A stretch of DNA of 35,800 nucleotides from contig NC_068989.1 in assembly GCF_001194135.2 (NCBI RefSeq), forward strand, positions 20,000,535 through 20,036,334, in the 5' to 3' direction. This DNA is from Octopus bimaculoides (lineage: Eukaryota). Below the pieces are notes generated by a model. That model was not told the origin of the DNA. It made no database searches and saw nothing but the letters and a program-made list of their open reading frames with translations. Below are positions 32,648-35,800 of this stretch, in pieces. How positions within the stretch are numbered: the first letter of the stretch is position 1; every line of letters begins with the position of its first letter. A program made the position numbers and the translations under genes.

Positions 32648-33519
32648 GTAGGTGCAGACATGAATTTGAATGTCATCCTTTAGTGAAGTTCACTCTGTTG
32701 CAGGCACTTAGGTCTTATGAAAACCTGAATATTCACACATTTTGTCAGAGTTTGTTTGTCACAGTGCTGGGTAGCACTGTGTCAGGCCGTAGCAAGAATT
32801 AATGACATTTTTCCTCTACTCACACATATACACCCACACTTGGAATTCCTCAGTTTTACATTCTAGTTCTTACATGTTCCCTCTTAATATTTCAACTAGA
32901 ATATTTTCCTCTGTTTGGAAGGAACTCTGACTTATTTTCACATTATACTCCGAACTTTTGTATGGAATTTTTTCTCATACAGTCTATAAACTTGTGCTAT
33001 CTTTTATTATGGACATTCATATTTTCGCCTGTTATGTGTTGTTAAAATTTTCACTGATAACTACTCTTGTTCTTGTTCAAACATGCTGCATTTTTTTGTA
33101 TTAGTATACATGTTTTGTTTGTTGCACATAGCTACATGTTGTTGACTGAATTTCTTTGTTCAACTGTGTAATTATTTTTATTTAGTATGTTCTACATTCA
33201 TTCACATACAGCCTTTATCTTGCTAACCTAACAGAGACTTTCTGATATCAACAAACAGATTTAGTTTTGTAATTTAAAACAAGTGTCATAAATCTTTCTC
33301 CTGTGCTTAGTTCTAGCAATCATTGCCAAGATTTTATTTTATAGAAAATTTTTACTACTTTTATAAACCTACAAATCTTGTACACCATAATAATACACCC
33401 TTTACTAGTTCATTCATAAAACTCATTCATACATTAATGTAATGCCATGAGTAGATCACACATGGCGAACATGTAAACAAATAATACAAAATATATGCAG
33501 ACACAGCTATGTGGATATG

Positions 33520-33860
33520 GAGCTCACTTGGTTTCAAGTTATATTCCACTAACTACATGATTTCAAGTTCCATTCCAATGCAAAGTACCTTGAGTGTCTT
33601 CAGTGTTTTCTACAACAGCCTCAGGCTCACCACTGCCTTGTGAGTAAAATGGGCAGATGGAAACTGTATGAAATCTTGTGTATTTTTGCATGTATGAGTG
33701 TGTGTTTGTGTAGATGTTTATATTTCCAGTATTGCTGTGCTTTTAAAGACCAGGGGAATGAGAAAAGTTACAGGAAAGATATCCAGCCATAAAATACTGC
33801 CTTAAAGAAGACTTTCTCCAATCCATGTTAGAATGGAAAAACATAAAATAAAAACAAAAA
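33520..33860 (+). mobile_element. Decayed composite SINE (CORE-like head plus RTE-type tail)
   Basis: caagttccattccaatgcaaagtaccttgag...gccttgtgagtaaaatgggcagatggaaactg followed by ggaaagatatccagccataaaa...ccaatccatgttagaatggaaaa. Confidence 0.55.
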
Positions 33861-34742
33861 ACAAAAACAAAACAAACCACTCACAAGGTTACTGATTTCA
33901 CATATAGCACACAGCTAAATCCAAGGAAACTATGTAATTTCTGATAGTGTGTTTTATTATAGTGTTTAATTAAGCTTGTCAACTAACATCTCAGACAGTG
34001 TTAAATTACTGCTTTTGGCATTTACAGTGTACCATATATTTTGTTTTGAGGCTTAACTGTTCTGCAGGATAAGTCAGATGCTGGTTTTTGCGTCATACTT
34101 TTAGGGAAAGAAGTGCGACTTATGCATATACAGTTTTCATTTTCACTATAAATTTTAAATAGTTACAGTATATTGAATACATATATGTATCTAGAAACAC
34201 ATGCATACTGTATTATATTCATATAGTATTGCATTTCACATTTTCCAATTTGAGTATCTGTTCGAAATTTTGATACTCATTTGTTTAGGTATGAATTTCT
34301 AAACCCTCTCCCTCCAACTTTTTTTTTTGTATTATGCTTTTTTCTCTCTTTATTTAAAAATTAAAAAAAAAATATAAGTAGGTTTTGCACATTGGATATT
34401 CAGGATCTGCAAAAATTTATTTCAGATCAAAAACTGATTATGTTATGGGCATTTACAGCTGTTTTTGATTTATTTTCTTAGGTATGTGTGATTCATGAAT
34501 GGACTGAGTACTACTTTTCTATATAAATATATTTTGTACATTCTGTGTAAATGTTTTCGTTTGCTTGTATAATTCTATTTCAATCCTTAATAAACTGAAA
34601 TGAGAACATCTTAAACTTTCAGAAAAAAAAAAAAAAAATCGGTATTCTACATATGAATGCCTTCATTATCATTTACTCGTTACTTTATGCTGAGAATGAA
34701 AGCAGCCTCTTTAAGATCTCCATGTTCCTTATCCTGGTAATT

Positions 34743-34777
<35 letters not shown>

Positions 34778-34780
<3 letters not shown>

Positions 34781-35105
34781 CTCTTTTATTTGTTTCAGTC
34801 ATTTGACTGACGCCATGGTGGAGCACCACCTTTAGTTGAACAAATTGACTCCTGTAATCCTAGTACTTATTCTATTGGTCTCTTTTGCTGAACTGCTAGC
34901 TTATAGAGATGTAAACACACCAGCATCAGTTGACGGACAATGGTGGGGTGACAAACACAGACACAAACATACGTGCACACAGATATATACATATATACAA
35001 TGGGCTTCTTTCAGTTACTGTTTACCAAATCCACTCACAAGGCTTTGGTTGGCTCGAGGCTATAGTAGAAGACATTTGCCCAAGGTTGGACTGCACAGCC
35101 ACTCC
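34778..35105 (-). mobile_element. CORE-like SINE, near full length
   Basis: ttatttgtttcagtcatttgactgacgccatggtggagcacc ... accaaatccactcacaaggctttggttggctcgaggctatagtagaagacatttgcccaagg. Flanked by (TA)n tracts. Confidence 0.85.
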
Positions 35106-35115
35106 TATAATAATA

Positions 35116-35160
<45 letters not shown>

Positions 35161-35800
35161 TATTTGGAAATGGATGCATGACATTCAAAAAAATAATAAA
35201 TAATATATATAAATGTATATATGGGTACAGGACATCACCAACTGTGCAAACAACATGAAATACATAAACAAATGAGTTAGGACAAATTAACACAGAGAAA
35301 GACCTTTCATCAGTTGTCGGCTGTCTACCTACTCCTCATTTCAAGCATTCAACAACAATATGAGTCTTCAAAGATAGTTGCTCTCATAAATTCTAAAACA
35401 AAATTTAGGATTTATGGAGGGTCAAAGTTGGGAACAAAAACAGGACAATGGAGACATACAAGGAAGCCAAACAAAAATAAACATGGAAGGTCATTAGACC
35501 AGAATGAAAGGAAAATAGTGAATGCTGAGAGAAATATTTTCTTTGAAAAGAGAAAAGATGGAAGAAAGAGAGGGAGAGAGAGAGCGAGAGCGGAAAAAAA
35601 ATGTCCAGTCTTTTGAACGTCTGTGCAGGAAAAGAAAGATGAATGATGGTCATGTATGAGCAATGAGGGTAAGAGAAAAGATAGAAAACAGTGAAAGAGG
35701 GTGGGGGAGAAAAGGGGAATTAGAGAAGGATGGAAGAAGAAAACAGTATAGAGTAGAGTTGCATCAAAAAGATGAAGATAAACATACTTGTAAATTATAA

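Noticed and set aside
35280-35800. Possible Penelope-type terminal remnant and a 100-aa purine-rich ORF; similar weak impression at 3565-3720
   Set aside because: Only a vague resemblance with no coding motif, and the ORF is low-complexity GA-rich sequence.

Overview
AT-rich, repeat-dominated animal genomic DNA with four assembly gaps (5145-5429, 6487-7000, 14082-14166, 30687-31358). The SINE, LINE and MITE families look like those of octopus or another coleoid cephalopod; this comes from recognising the repeats, not from a search. No intact protein-coding gene could be established. Most ORFs in the track are microsatellite, gap-spanning or antisense-to-repeat artefacts. Well-supported content: a 5'-truncated RTE LINE (1571-2934, minus) plus other RTE and CR1-type fragments; an internally deleted Tigger/pogo transposon; a decayed DD37D (maT-type) mariner; two piggyBac-type MITE remnants; several tRNA-derived SINE families, including one young full-length copy and a same-orientation nest of about 11 copies at 27.8-30.7 kb; and a CpG-decayed U6 snRNA pseudogene. 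A few short splice-site-flanked open frames could be exons of an unidentified host gene, but support is weak. I found no evidence of a novel multi-gene system. The interesting biology here is retroelement modularity and targeting. Repeat boundaries are estimated by eye to within tens of bp.
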